Positions 42,603 to 51,049 of a DNA stretch of 51,049 bases are shown here, piece after piece; within the stretch, counting starts at the first letter, position 1, and the number at the start of each line of letters is the position of its first letter. The position numbers were made by a program, and so were the translations under genes. The notes below the pieces were generated by a model. It had not been told where the DNA came from, did no database searches, and saw only the letters and a program-made list of their open reading frames with translations. The DNA comes from Chrysochromulina tobinii (taxonomy: Eukaryota). The DNA lies in the NCBI GenBank assembly GCA_001275005.1, contig JWZX01003175.1, positions 1 to 51,049 on the forward strand, read 5' to 3'.

Positions 42603-43400
42603 TCACAGCGAGTCGATGATCGCAGCCCGCTTCGCCTCATACTCTGACTGCGTCACCAGCCCGGCCTCGAGCAGCTCGGTGAGCTGGACCATGCGTTCCT
42701 TGACGCTCTTGACCTTCACATCTGCCTTCGGCATGGGCTGCTGCGCACGGTCCGCCGAAGCCGTCACGGGGGGTGGCGCTTGGGCTGCCGAAGGAGCAGG
42801 AGCACTGCACGCCGGCGACCCGTCACGAGTCGCCGAACCCTCACGAGTCGCAGGTGGCACTCGGAGAGGCGGTACCACCATGTTGTCTGACGGGCCGCTG
42901 GTGCCATAGGGCCGCCTGAAGTCCTCGTTGGACATCGCGCTGAAGTCGCGGGCGAGGCCAGGCGAGCGCTTACGGCGCTCACCGTCAACCGGATAGGACT
43001 GCGCCGGATAGGACTGCATGGGCGCCGGGCCGTTACCGGACTGCGCCTTGAAGGCCTCGTACTCCTTTTCGCGACCCGGAATGGCAGACTCAGCGCCAAA
43101 CTCCACGGGCGGCATGTAGTCGGTGTAAGACTGGTAGAAGTTGCGCTGCTGGCCCTGCCAGTTCGGGGCGTCGATGCCATCAGACACGTCCACTGGCATG
43201 CACGTCGAACCTGCCTCGCTGATCACGCACTCATCAGGATTGACGGGAGAGTTGTCCGGTGCATCGAAGTTCGCCAGCGGCTGCGCGCAGCGACTGGCCG
43301 CAGCGAGGAGCGCCGGACGCGGCACGTTCACGAGGCGATGCAGGCCCGTCGATTGTAGCATCATGAGGCCAGCGGCTGACATGGCGAGGAGGTAGAGCAT
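42603..43400 (-). CDS. Signal-peptide protein with C-terminal SHOCT-like domain
   Basis: MLYLLAMSAAGL leader; terminal SVKERMVQLTELLEAGLVTQSEYEAKRAAII. Confidence 0.78.
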   Translation of the reverse strand: MLYLLAMSAAGLMMLQSTGLHRLVNVPRPALLAAASRCAQPLANFDAPDNSPVNPDECVISEAGSTCMPVDVSDGIDAPNWQGQQRNFYQSYTDYMPPVEFGAESAIPGREKEYEAFKAQSGNGPAPMQSYPAQSYPVDGERRKRSPGLARDFSAMSNEDFRRPYGTSGPSDNMVVPPLRVPPATREGSATRDGSPACSAPAPSAAQAPPPVTASADRAQQPMPKADVKVKSVKERMVQLTELLEAGLVTQSEYEAKRAAIIDSL

Positions 43401-43879
43401 GATGGTCGTCGGCGATGGTGAGCACTCAAGGTGGACGGTCTTGATGAATCGGCAAGGTGGCGTTCGTGGCGTTCACGGGTTAGGGACGATTCATCAAGGA
43501 TCTGTGGAAAATGGCGAATATTCCGAGACAGATTCCATTCTGCGGCCGAGGTCGTCCAATCTGAAATCACCAGTGAAATCACTCGTCGCGCAAGCTCGTG
43601 GACGTTTGTTGCCTCGAGGGTTCCAGCCCGCGAGACCTCGACCACAGGAAGACCTCGACTCATCGAGAGACGAGCGAGGCGCGGACTAGCGGACCACGGT
43701 GTCACGTGAGACAGATTTCACCACGAAAGAGAATAAGAAACCAAGTAAGAAACTTTGTGAAAAGCACAAGAACCACCCACACTAGCCATGCTCGTGAGCC
43801 CACGGGCCGGCGCTCCAGCCAGAAGCCCCAGTCGATCGCGTTCACCAGGATTCACGAACGAATCGCTCGACGTGCCGAA

Positions 43880-44644
43880 ATGCTAAAGGCCGGCTTCTGC
43901 GAGGGCCTCGTCGACGTCGAAGGCGCGTTGCGTAAACGGCCAGCTAGCCTCGTCATCGACGTGGGTGCGTATGACGGCGCCGACGCGGTCAAGTTCGCCA
44001 GCGCAGGGCACAAGGTGATCTCCATCGAGGCAACACCCGCCAAGAAACATGCTATTCTCAAACGGATCTCGCGCAGCTCGCACGCGGACCGAATCACCTT
44101 CTTGCTAGCCGCCGCATCGAGACGGAGTGGTAATGTGACATTCACGACGTTTGGCAAGGGCAGCATGCAAGACCAGATACGGCCGCAAGGATGGACCGCC
44201 AATTCTCACGAGGTGCAGGTGCCCGCCGTGACACTCGATAGCGTAGTGGGTCCGACGGCGCATGTGCTGTACGCCAAGATCGACGCGCAGGGCCACGACG
44301 GCGCGGTGGTCCTCGGCGCGCGCGGCTTGATAGCGACGCAGCGGCTGCAGTTCATCTCCCTCGAGGTCTCTCCTCGCCTCGCCACGAACACGAGCGAGTA
44401 CGTGGAGGCGCTTGCACTCTTGCTCGCGCATGGCTATGCGTGCATGGATTGCTCGCATGGGTGGACGCCGCACCCGACCGTGTACAGCGTGCGTCAAGCC
44501 GACTGGGCGCCGCGAAAGTCGAGCCGCACGGTCGAGGCGCGGCTGGCTGAGCTCGCGCGCAACGCGCCGTGCGACCGCATCGCCAGCGGCTGCTGGACGA
44601 ATGTGGCTTGCGGTCTCGCCAAGTCACGTTCGTCTTTCACATGA
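43880..44644 (+). CDS. FkbM-family SAM-dependent methyltransferase; start uncertain
   Basis: VIDVGAYDG, VISIEATP, VPAVTLDSV, YAKIDAQGHD..V..GA. Confidence 0.85.
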   Translation: MLKAGFCEGLVDVEGALRKRPASLVIDVGAYDGADAVKFASAGHKVISIEATPAKKHAILKRISRSSHADRITFLLAAASRRSGNVTFTTFGKGSMQDQIRPQGWTANSHEVQVPAVTLDSVVGPTAHVLYAKIDAQGHDGAVVLGARGLIATQRLQFISLEVSPRLATNTSEYVEALALLLAHGYACMDCSHGWTPHPTVYSVRQADWAPRKSSRTVEARLAELARNAPCDRIASGCWTNVACGLAKSRSSFT

Positions 44645-44889
44645 TTTTTGTTGAACTTTCCCTGTCTTTCTCGTCGGCGTTCACAATTCTCCGAGTGGCT
44701 GTGTACCCTGATAGTTCATATTTGGGTCTCGCCGCACTTTATCTCTTTATGGCTGTTTCTCAGCTCTCCGTCTGCATGTGTCTCATCCGAGGCCTGGCCT
44801 GTATTGTATTGTATTGTCTTCACGGCTGTGCTGCTTACGTGTTGTGTGTATTAACAGTGTATTAACATGAACCCTACCGGTAATAGGAA

Positions 44890-46668
44890 ATGTCGGGCAT
44901 CCCACCTCCCAACATCGCCATCATCGGCGGCGGGATCGGCGGCGCCTTTGCGGCCGCGTGGCTCCGCAACGCGTCGGTGCGCCACCTCGACGTCTACGAG
45001 GCAAGCGAGCGTATCGGCGGCCGCACGCTCGCCACGCAGGATCAGGATGAGACATGGGCGACTGTGGAGCTCGGCGCGACGATGGGCATCACTGAAAATC
45101 GCTATATCCTCGAGGCGGCGCGGTCGCTCGGCCTTGCCACAGAGCTGCGTTCTGAGGTGAGCTGGCGGGGCGGCGGGCGCCTTGCGATCGTGGGCGCGGG
45201 TCGAAAGCTCGCCTTCGAGGAGGGGGCTTGGAAGGCGACGACGCTCGTGCGCCTGCTCTCGCGCTACGGCGGGCGAACGCTCTACCGCCTGGGGCAACAA
45301 GGATCAGAGTCTATCCGCAACTTCAGCCGCATCTACGCCGCTCAGGATGACGGCCGAGCTTTTGCGACCGTCGATGAGTTGCTCGCAGTCGGCGGCTTGC
45401 ACGAGTGGCCGCGGCGATCCTGCGCCGAGGCCATGGCGGTGCTCTTCTCCGACGCCGCCGCTCCGGCGGCCACGGAGCTCGTGGCCGGCTTGATGCGCAA
45501 CAATTATGGGCAAGACTGGGCGCCGAGTGGCGCTCTGTGCTGCTTCACTGCCATCGCGCCTCTCGCAGCGGGCGGCTCTGCAGCTGCCATTGGACTGGTG
45601 GGAGGCTGGGAAGAACTGACGCGCGGGCTCCTACAAAGCAGCAGCCGCAGCCGCAGCCGGCGCGGTAGTGCGGGCGAAGACGATCCTGCCGCTGCCACCA
45701 TCGGTGCGACGAGACCCCAGCTCCATCTCAGCAGGCAAGTCACGTCAGTCGTCACACAAGATGACGGCCGTTTCGTCCTGAGCTTCGCTGACGGCTCGTC
45801 GGCTGCGCGCGTGTACGACCATGTGGTGCTCGCGGCGCCGTGCCCGACGCTGCCGGCGACCGCGGAGGCGCACGACGAGAGCCCCAACCTGCTACGCCGC
45901 TGCGCCCCGGTGCCCTACCAGCACGTGTACGTAACGCTCGTCTGGGGCCTGCTCGATCCTGCATATTTTGGCAAGTCCGAGCACGCCGCGAGCTTCAACG
46001 CCAAGTTCTCGGACGTGCTCGTCGCCGACGCGGCGGGCCGTTCGGTGCCGTTCTTGAGCATCGGCCGCTTCGACGAGCAGCACGCGCCCCCTGCTCACGA
46101 CAGCGCGCCCCCTGCGTTCCCTTCGGCGGCGGTGAGCGCTCACGACAGCGCGGAGTGCGCGCGCCTGTACGCCGGCGCTCACGACGGCGCGGGCGCGATC
46201 CCGCGCTGGAAACTCTTCTCGGCGCAGGAGCTGAGCCCGGCGGACCTCGCGCCGCTCATTCTGTGCCACGAGGAGAGGCTGACGGTACGGCATGCGTGGA
46301 CCTCGCCCGGCGCGTACCCGATCAGTCGGCCACGCAACCTGAGCTCATTCGTGCTGCATGAGAGTGTAAGCGGTGGCCTGTTCCTCCACCCCTCCGCCAT
46401 CGAGGCGGCCACTAGTGCCATGGAGGTGGTCGCCGTCGCCGCACGCAACGCAGCGCTCCTGTTGGTGCAGCGGCTCGCGCAGATACGCCGAGCCAATCGC
46501 CTGCGGGAAAACGCCGAGCTTCACCAGAAGTTCGTCGAGGCGAACGCCGCGAGGGCGGAGGCGGACGCCGCGCCACCAAAGTCGCAGTTCCCGCGAGGGG
46601 AGACGCCGAACGCCAAAGTTGGAAAGGGCGAGTGTGCTGCTGGCGAGCGTGTGCAGCCAGGGGAGTGA
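44890..46668 (+). CDS. Prenylcysteine oxidase/lyase-like FAD oxidoreductase
   Basis: IAIIGGGIGG, VYEASERIGGR, VELGA, RNNYGQ, YDHVVLAAP, AYP, IEAATSAMEVVAVAARNAALL. Confidence 0.88.
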   Translation: MSGIPPPNIAIIGGGIGGAFAAAWLRNASVRHLDVYEASERIGGRTLATQDQDETWATVELGATMGITENRYILEAARSLGLATELRSEVSWRGGGRLAIVGAGRKLAFEEGAWKATTLVRLLSRYGGRTLYRLGQQGSESIRNFSRIYAAQDDGRAFATVDELLAVGGLHEWPRRSCAEAMAVLFSDAAAPAATELVAGLMRNNYGQDWAPSGALCCFTAIAPLAAGGSAAAIGLVGGWEELTRGLLQSSSRSRSRRGSAGEDDPAAATIGATRPQLHLSRQVTSVVTQDDGRFVLSFADGSSAARVYDHVVLAAPCPTLPATAEAHDESPNLLRRCAPVPYQHVYVTLVWGLLDPAYFGKSEHAASFNAKFSDVLVADAAGRSVPFLSIGRFDEQHAPPAHDSAPPAFPSAAVSAHDSAECARLYAGAHDGAGAIPRWKLFSAQELSPADLAPLILCHEERLTVRHAWTSPGAYPISRPRNLSSFVLHESVSGGLFLHPSAIEAATSAMEVVAVAARNAALLLVQRLAQIRRANRLRENAELHQKFVEANAARAEADAAPPKSQFPRGETPNAKVGKGECAAGERVQPGE

Positions 46669-46891
46669 CGGCAGCGTGTGGCTGAGGGCATGTTGTAGGG
46701 GTAACGGGAAACACATGTGAGATGTGTTATCATCGGTATCGCGTGCGCCTTCGTGCGTCTGGCGAAACCGAAGTGCAGCAACAGCGGGTGCAGCAAAAGG
46801 AACCCTCGATAAGATATGGCTTATGGGAGAGAGCTTGTGGCCGGACGTGAATTTGAGACTGTGTGGTGAGCGCGCGCGCGCGCGCATGGGT

Positions 46892-46914
46892 GGGGGACCG
46901 CGACGAAACTGACT
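46892..46914 (+). promoter_or_regulatory. 23-bp element upstream of NFS1, identical to 49679-49701
   Basis: gggggaccgcgacgaaactgact ~150 bp before the ATG; regulatory role is inference. Confidence 0.5.
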
Positions 46915-47062
46915 AACAAACAGACTGTGAATTTGAGCTCGGGTCGGCTGCTTTTCCGTCGTGATCGCCAGCCTGGCGTCCGAGAAGAAGCGGACGCGCC
47001 CACAAACTGGGCAGACCAGGAAAGGGCCCACGCGCGCACGTGCAAGTACTTCGATCGCTGTG

Positions 47063-48400
47063 ATGCAGCTGCGCAACTTGTCTCAGTTGCTTGTCGCCCG
47101 CGGCCGATTCTCGCGCGCCGCTGGCTCCTGGCGCGGCCTCATCACTTCGGCAGGGGGCGAAGTGGTCAGCATCGCTGGGCAGCATCGGCCCGGGCGGGCC
47201 ATCTACCTCGACTCGCAGGCGACGACGCCGCTCGATCCGCGTGCGCTGGATGCCATGCTGCCATATCTGACGGGCGTCTACGGCAATCCGCACTCGCGCA
47301 CGCACGCCTACGGCTGGGAGTCGGGTGACGCCGTCGAGACGGCGCGCGAGCAGGTGGCGTCGCTGATCAGTGCGGACCCCAAGGAGATCATCTTCACGTC
47401 GGGCGCGACCGAGTCGAACAATATGGCGATCAAGGGCGTGGCTCACTTTTACAAGGAGAAGAAGAACCATCTGATCACCACGGTGACCGAGCACAAGTGC
47501 GTGCTCGACTCGTGTCGCTCGCTTCAACGGGAGGGCTTCGAGGTCACCTACCTGCCGGTGGGCAAGGACGGGCTGGTGGACCTGAAGGCACTCGAGGCGG
47601 CCATTCGGCCCGAGACGGTGCTCGTCTCCGTCATGCACGTGAACAATGAGATCGGCGTCGTGCAGCCCATCGCGGAGATTGGCAAGCTGTGCCGGTCGCG
47701 CAAGGTCTTCCTCCACATCGATGCGGCCCAATCTGTGGGCAAGATCCCGGTGGACGTTGACGCGCTCCACGTCGACCTGATGTCCATCTCGGCGCACAAG
47801 CTGTACGGCCCCAAGGGCATCGGCGCGCTCTACGTGCGCCGTCGACCACGCGTGCGCCTGGAACCCGTCTTCTCCGGAGGAGGGCAGGAGCGTGGCATGC
47901 GGAGTGGCACGCTGCCGCCGCCTCTGATCGCAGGTTTCGGCGCGGCGTGCGAGATCTCGGGGCGCGAGATGGCGCGCGACCTCGCGCACGTGCAGCGGCT
48001 CTCACGCAAGCTGCACAAGGGCATTGTGGAGGCCATCCCCCATGTGGTCGTCAACGGCTCCATGGACTCTCGCTACCCCGGCAACCTGAACGTGTCGTTC
48101 GCGTACGTCGAAGGCGAGTCGCTCATCATGGCGCTCAAGGACGTCGCCGTCTCGTCAGGCTCGGCGTGCACCTCCGCCTCACTCGAACCCAGCTACGTGC
48201 TGCGCGCGCTCGGCGTCGAGGAAGACATGGCGCATACCTCGATCCGGTTCGGCATTGGTCGGTTCACCACGGACGCCGAGGTGGACTATGCGATACAGAC
48301 GTGCGTGAAGCACGTGGAGCGGCTGCGCCAGATGTCGCCGCTGTGGGAGATGGTACAGGAGGGCATTGATCTGCGCACCATCAAGTGGTCGTCCCATTGA
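47063..48400 (+). CDS. NFS1: Mitochondrial cysteine desulfurase
   Basis: Arg/Ser-rich presequence; [39 protein letters not shown] (PLP Lys), [27 protein letters not shown]. Confidence 0.97.
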   Translation: MQLRNLSQLLVARGRFSRAAGSWRGLITSAGGEVVSIAGQHRPGRAIYLDSQATTPLDPRALDAMLPYLTGVYGNPHSRTHAYGWESGDAVETAREQVASLISADPKEIIFTSGATESNNMAIKGVAHFYKEKKNHLITTVTEHKCVLDSCRSLQREGFEVTYLPVGKDGLVDLKALEAAIRPETVLVSVMHVNNEIGVVQPIAEIGKLCRSRKVFLHIDAAQSVGKIPVDVDALHVDLMSISAHKLYGPKGIGALYVRRRPRVRLEPVFSGGGQERGMRSGTLPPPLIAGFGAACEISGREMARDLAHVQRLSRKLHKGIVEAIPHVVVNGSMDSRYPGNLNVSFAYVEGESLIMALKDVAVSSGSACTSASLEPSYVLRALGVEEDMAHTSIRFGIGRFTTDAEVDYAIQTCVKHVERLRQMSPLWEMVQEGIDLRTIKWSSH

Positions 48401-48506
48401 CGGCGCCCAATTCCAATTTGGGGACATGCGACGGTTACATTGACGGTTACATTGACGGTTACATTGACGGTTACATTGACGGCGCCCAATTTGGGGACAT
48501 GCGACG
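48395..48506. repeat. 12-bp tandem (gacggttacatt x4) flanked by duplicated stop-proximal sequence
   Basis: Units at 48430-48477; cattgacggcgcccaatt and ccaatttggggacatgcgacg occur on both sides. Confidence 0.85.
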
Positions 48507-48804
48507 CACCCTGCGACGGGCGATGTGGAAGCCTGACGCACATGATGAGCCACATGCTGCCGCGTGGAGGGAAGAGAGGGGGTTTTGAGTCGCATCTTTC
48601 GGTCGGCAAGGGCCGAGGCGGGTGCCTGGCACGGAGCGAAACTGCTTGAACTGCTTGTACGAGTGTGACGGATTGGGTAGCGCGTTGTTTGTGACTTCGA
48701 GATGGTGCAAGTTTCGTCCGGTTTGGAACAGTACGCATCGGAAATTGAGGTTCGTCATCTCGCGTGCATCGACGAAATCGCGCACACATTGACCGATCTC
48801 TCGA

Positions 48805-49368
48805 ATGCTGAGTTCGGACTTCATCGTCATGGGCGTGGCGGAGATTGAGACCGGAAACCATCGATATATTTGTGACGCGCTCCTCACGTCACTCCACAAC
48901 CCGCGCCGTTCGCTTGTCGAGTCGGTGACCCTCACGTCGAACAACATGCGTCAGACGGACTTCATCCTCGTGGGCCCCACGAGAGACGTGCTGCCCCTTG
49001 CTGAGGACCCCGCCTGCCAGGCGGCATGGGTGCACAATCACCGCCGTACCCTTGCTCACGCCGCCGACTGCCACACGCTTCAGCTGCGGGTCGAGTGCCC
49101 CACCAACCTCGAGGCCAAAGTCGACCTCCCTGGCGGTGTATACGACTGCAGCTACTCGAGCAATGGAGACTCGACCCCCTCTCCTTGCACACCTTCGCGC
49201 GCTGGTGACTTCTTCATCGCCGGCAAGAGGGTCGATACTCCTTGCCCTGGCCGCCGCAAGCTGAATGTTCAGCCGTCGCCATCGATCTTGCAGGAGGTGA
49301 AGCTTCAATTGCGTGAGCGCAACGAGCGCACCTCAAACGATTCAGTCATGAGCCCGGTCATCTCATGA
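48805..49368 (+). CDS. Hypothetical protein
   Basis: 187-aa ATG ORF of non-repetitive composition filling the gap between NFS1 and the next gene; no recognised motif. Confidence 0.5.
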   Translation: MLSSDFIVMGVAEIETGNHRYICDALLTSLHNPRRSLVESVTLTSNNMRQTDFILVGPTRDVLPLAEDPACQAAWVHNHRRTLAHAADCHTLQLRVECPTNLEAKVDLPGGVYDCSYSSNGDSTPSPCTPSRAGDFFIAGKRVDTPCPGRRKLNVQPSPSILQEVKLQLRERNERTSNDSVMSPVIS

Positions 49369-49678
49369 CGTGGGGAGAAGAAGATCCAAGATCATCACAC
49401 CCGGGCGGTACCCCTGAACCCGGAGTGCCGCCATGGGTGCGCTGCCGCTTCGGGTACCTGTGCAGGGTACTTGTGGACGCCTCGAGGACGCCCCACTGCG
49501 CGCACTGAGCCGCAGCGTACCTTCCCCGGCCGTGCCGTCCTCAGCGATGGTGCACACACCTGATGTACAGCACTTTCAAGGTAGTACTAGAGTATGCAAG
49601 GTCGTAAGTAAGGCGCTGCTCGAGTGTACGATATTGAGCGGTGGAGCCGTCCTTTGAGACGATCGTGCGGTGAGCGCG

Positions 49679-49701
49679 GGGGGACCGCGACGAAACTGAC
49701 T
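49679..49701 (+). promoter_or_regulatory. 23-bp element upstream of TPR gene, identical to 46892-46914
   Basis: gggggaccgcgacgaaactgact ~160 bp before ATG 49860. Confidence 0.5.
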
Positions 49702-49859
49702 GACTGACGGAGGGGGATGTGAATTGGCCTGTTTTTTCGGTGTGTCGGCGACTTTCGTGAACGAACCCCTAAAAAGGACAGCTCGATCATCCTTGCAAAC
49801 GGCTCTGGTCAATGCCTCCAACTTCGAGTTCCTCAGCCACCAACCTTTCCGCACGCGCG

Positions 49860-51049
49860 ATGGACCCCAAGAGGTCCAAGCTTGCGACGCTCAAGAATCT
49901 GCCCGCCGCGGCCAACGCCTTTGCTGCTGGAGCGGTCGCCAAGGCGTCCGGCCAGAACGGCCTCTTCGTGCCCGACGGCCAGACGACTGCGCCGGCGAGC
50001 TCCGCAGGCAGCAGCCGTGCGTCGACAGCGATGGAGCCGGTGCCGCCGCCGCCGCGTGCACCGCCGCCCGCGGCGCGTGGTGCCGAGCTCGCACGGCTGC
50101 TGAGCGCCATCGGCACAGACCTACACGCTCCAGCCGCCGACGTCGCGCTGGCATTCTTGAGGCGCGCCCTCGCCTCGGCGCCCAAGGGCGGCGCGCTCGA
50201 GGCGGAGGTGATGGGCAACGTGTGCGTGGCGCTCAATTCGCTTGGTCGGCACTCAGAGGCGCTGCAGATGGCCGAGAACGCGTGCGAGGTGCTCCGCGCG
50301 GGTGGCGGCGGCCGCACGGCGCAGACCCAACTCGCGGCGATGCTGCACAACAAATCATGCTGCCACGAGTTCCTCGGCAATCGGACGGCGGCACTGGAGA
50401 CGGCAGAGGCGGGGCTGAAGCTCGCCACGAAGCTCGGGCTTCCCGACGACGACGCGCTCCTGCAGCGGCTCACCCAGTCCAAGGCCGATCTAGTGAAAGC
50501 TCTCACCGACCCGTCCCTTGCCAAGAAGGCGGCCGTCGTGGCCGACGATGGAGGCGGCAAGGGCAAAAGCCGCGTGGCAATGCTCGCGTCGGACACGCTG
50601 GCGCTGCGCTGCTCGCTGCCGCTGCTCGAGGGGCTGCTGACTGCCAAGGCCGAGGCCGAGGCCGCGCGCGACGAGGCGCGCACCGCTGCGAACGACGCGC
50701 GAGCGAAGGCGGAGGAGGAGGCGGAGAAGGCCAGAAGGCAGGTGGCCGAGGTGGAGGCGGCGATGCGCAAGGCGGCGGAGGAGGCGCAGCTCCGGCTGTC
50801 CGTCGAGCAGGCGGGCGCCGTCGCGCTGCAGCAGAAGCTCAACGCCGCGGCCAACGCGGAGAAGGACGCCGAGCTCGCGACGGCGGCGAGGGCTCGGGAG
50901 GCGGCGCTAGAGGAACTCAGGCAGCAGCTAAACGAGTCGCGCACCGCGTGCGCGTCCACGGAGGAGCAGCGGCGCGCGGCGGCCGAGGCGGCCGCGGCGG
51001 CCAAGGCGGCGCTCGAGACGGCGCGACGCGAGGCGGCCGAGGCGGCGGC
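49860..51049 (+). CDS. TPR-like repeat + long coiled-coil protein, 5' part (runs off window; absent from ORF track)
   Basis: ATG 49860 MDPKRSKL..., no stop to window end; VMGNVCVALNSLGRHSEALQMAENA and MLHNKSCCHEFLGNRTAALETAEAG are TPR-like; Ala/Glu/Arg-rich heptads follow. Confidence 0.8.
   Translation, partial: MDPKRSKLATLKNLPAAANAFAAGAVAKASGQNGLFVPDGQTTAPASSAGSSRASTAMEPVPPPPRAPPPAARGAELARLLSAIGTDLHAPAADVALAFLRRALASAPKGGALEAEVMGNVCVALNSLGRHSEALQMAENACEVLRAGGGGRTAQTQLAAMLHNKSCCHEFLGNRTAALETAEAGLKLATKLGLPDDDALLQRLTQSKADLVKALTDPSLAKKAAVVADDGGGKGKSRVAMLASDTLALRCSLPLLEGLLTAKAEAEAARDEARTAANDARAKAEEEAEKARRQVAEVEAAMRKAAEEAQLRLSVEQAGAVALQQKLNAAANAEKDAELATAARAREAALEELRQQLNESRTACASTEEQRRAAAEAAAAAKAALETARREAAEAA

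Noticed and set aside
46913..51004. 358-aa and 405-aa minus-strand ORFs
   Set aside because: Antisense shadows of NFS1 and of the TPR/coiled-coil gene

Overview
GC-rich, gene-dense eukaryotic algal nuclear DNA, most consistent with a haptophyte (Lhcx-type antenna gene, GT-AG introns filled with 10-bp tandem repeats, bipartite plastid-type presequences); the species cannot be fixed from sequence alone. About 24 protein-coding genes can be supported, including RPA1, RPN6, NFS1, DPH5, a SMARCAL1/ZRANB3-type helicase, a RING-BRCT-BRCT (BRCA1/BARD1-like) gene, an SPX-SLC13 phosphate transporter, prenylcysteine oxidase and a Jagunal homolog. No rRNA, tRNA, CRISPR or recognisable transposon was seen. 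Two standout observations: (1) an intronless ankyrin-array + IRAK/Pelle-like kinase + DUF4145/HEPN-like C-terminal domain protein (4904..1425), echoing the RNase L architecture and sitting tail-to-tail with a U-box E3 gene; (2) a spliced, 8-exon, presequence-bearing gene that joins a truncated bacterial-type UvrC nuclease in frame to a complete UvrB helicase core (10666..5228). Also notable: a sense-strand-oriented GATGGCCTCT intron satellite, introns carrying copies of adjacent exon sequence, a 23-bp element shared upstream of two genes, and three single-G frameshifts that are probably homopolymer errors. All family assignments are by eye from motifs; no searches were run.
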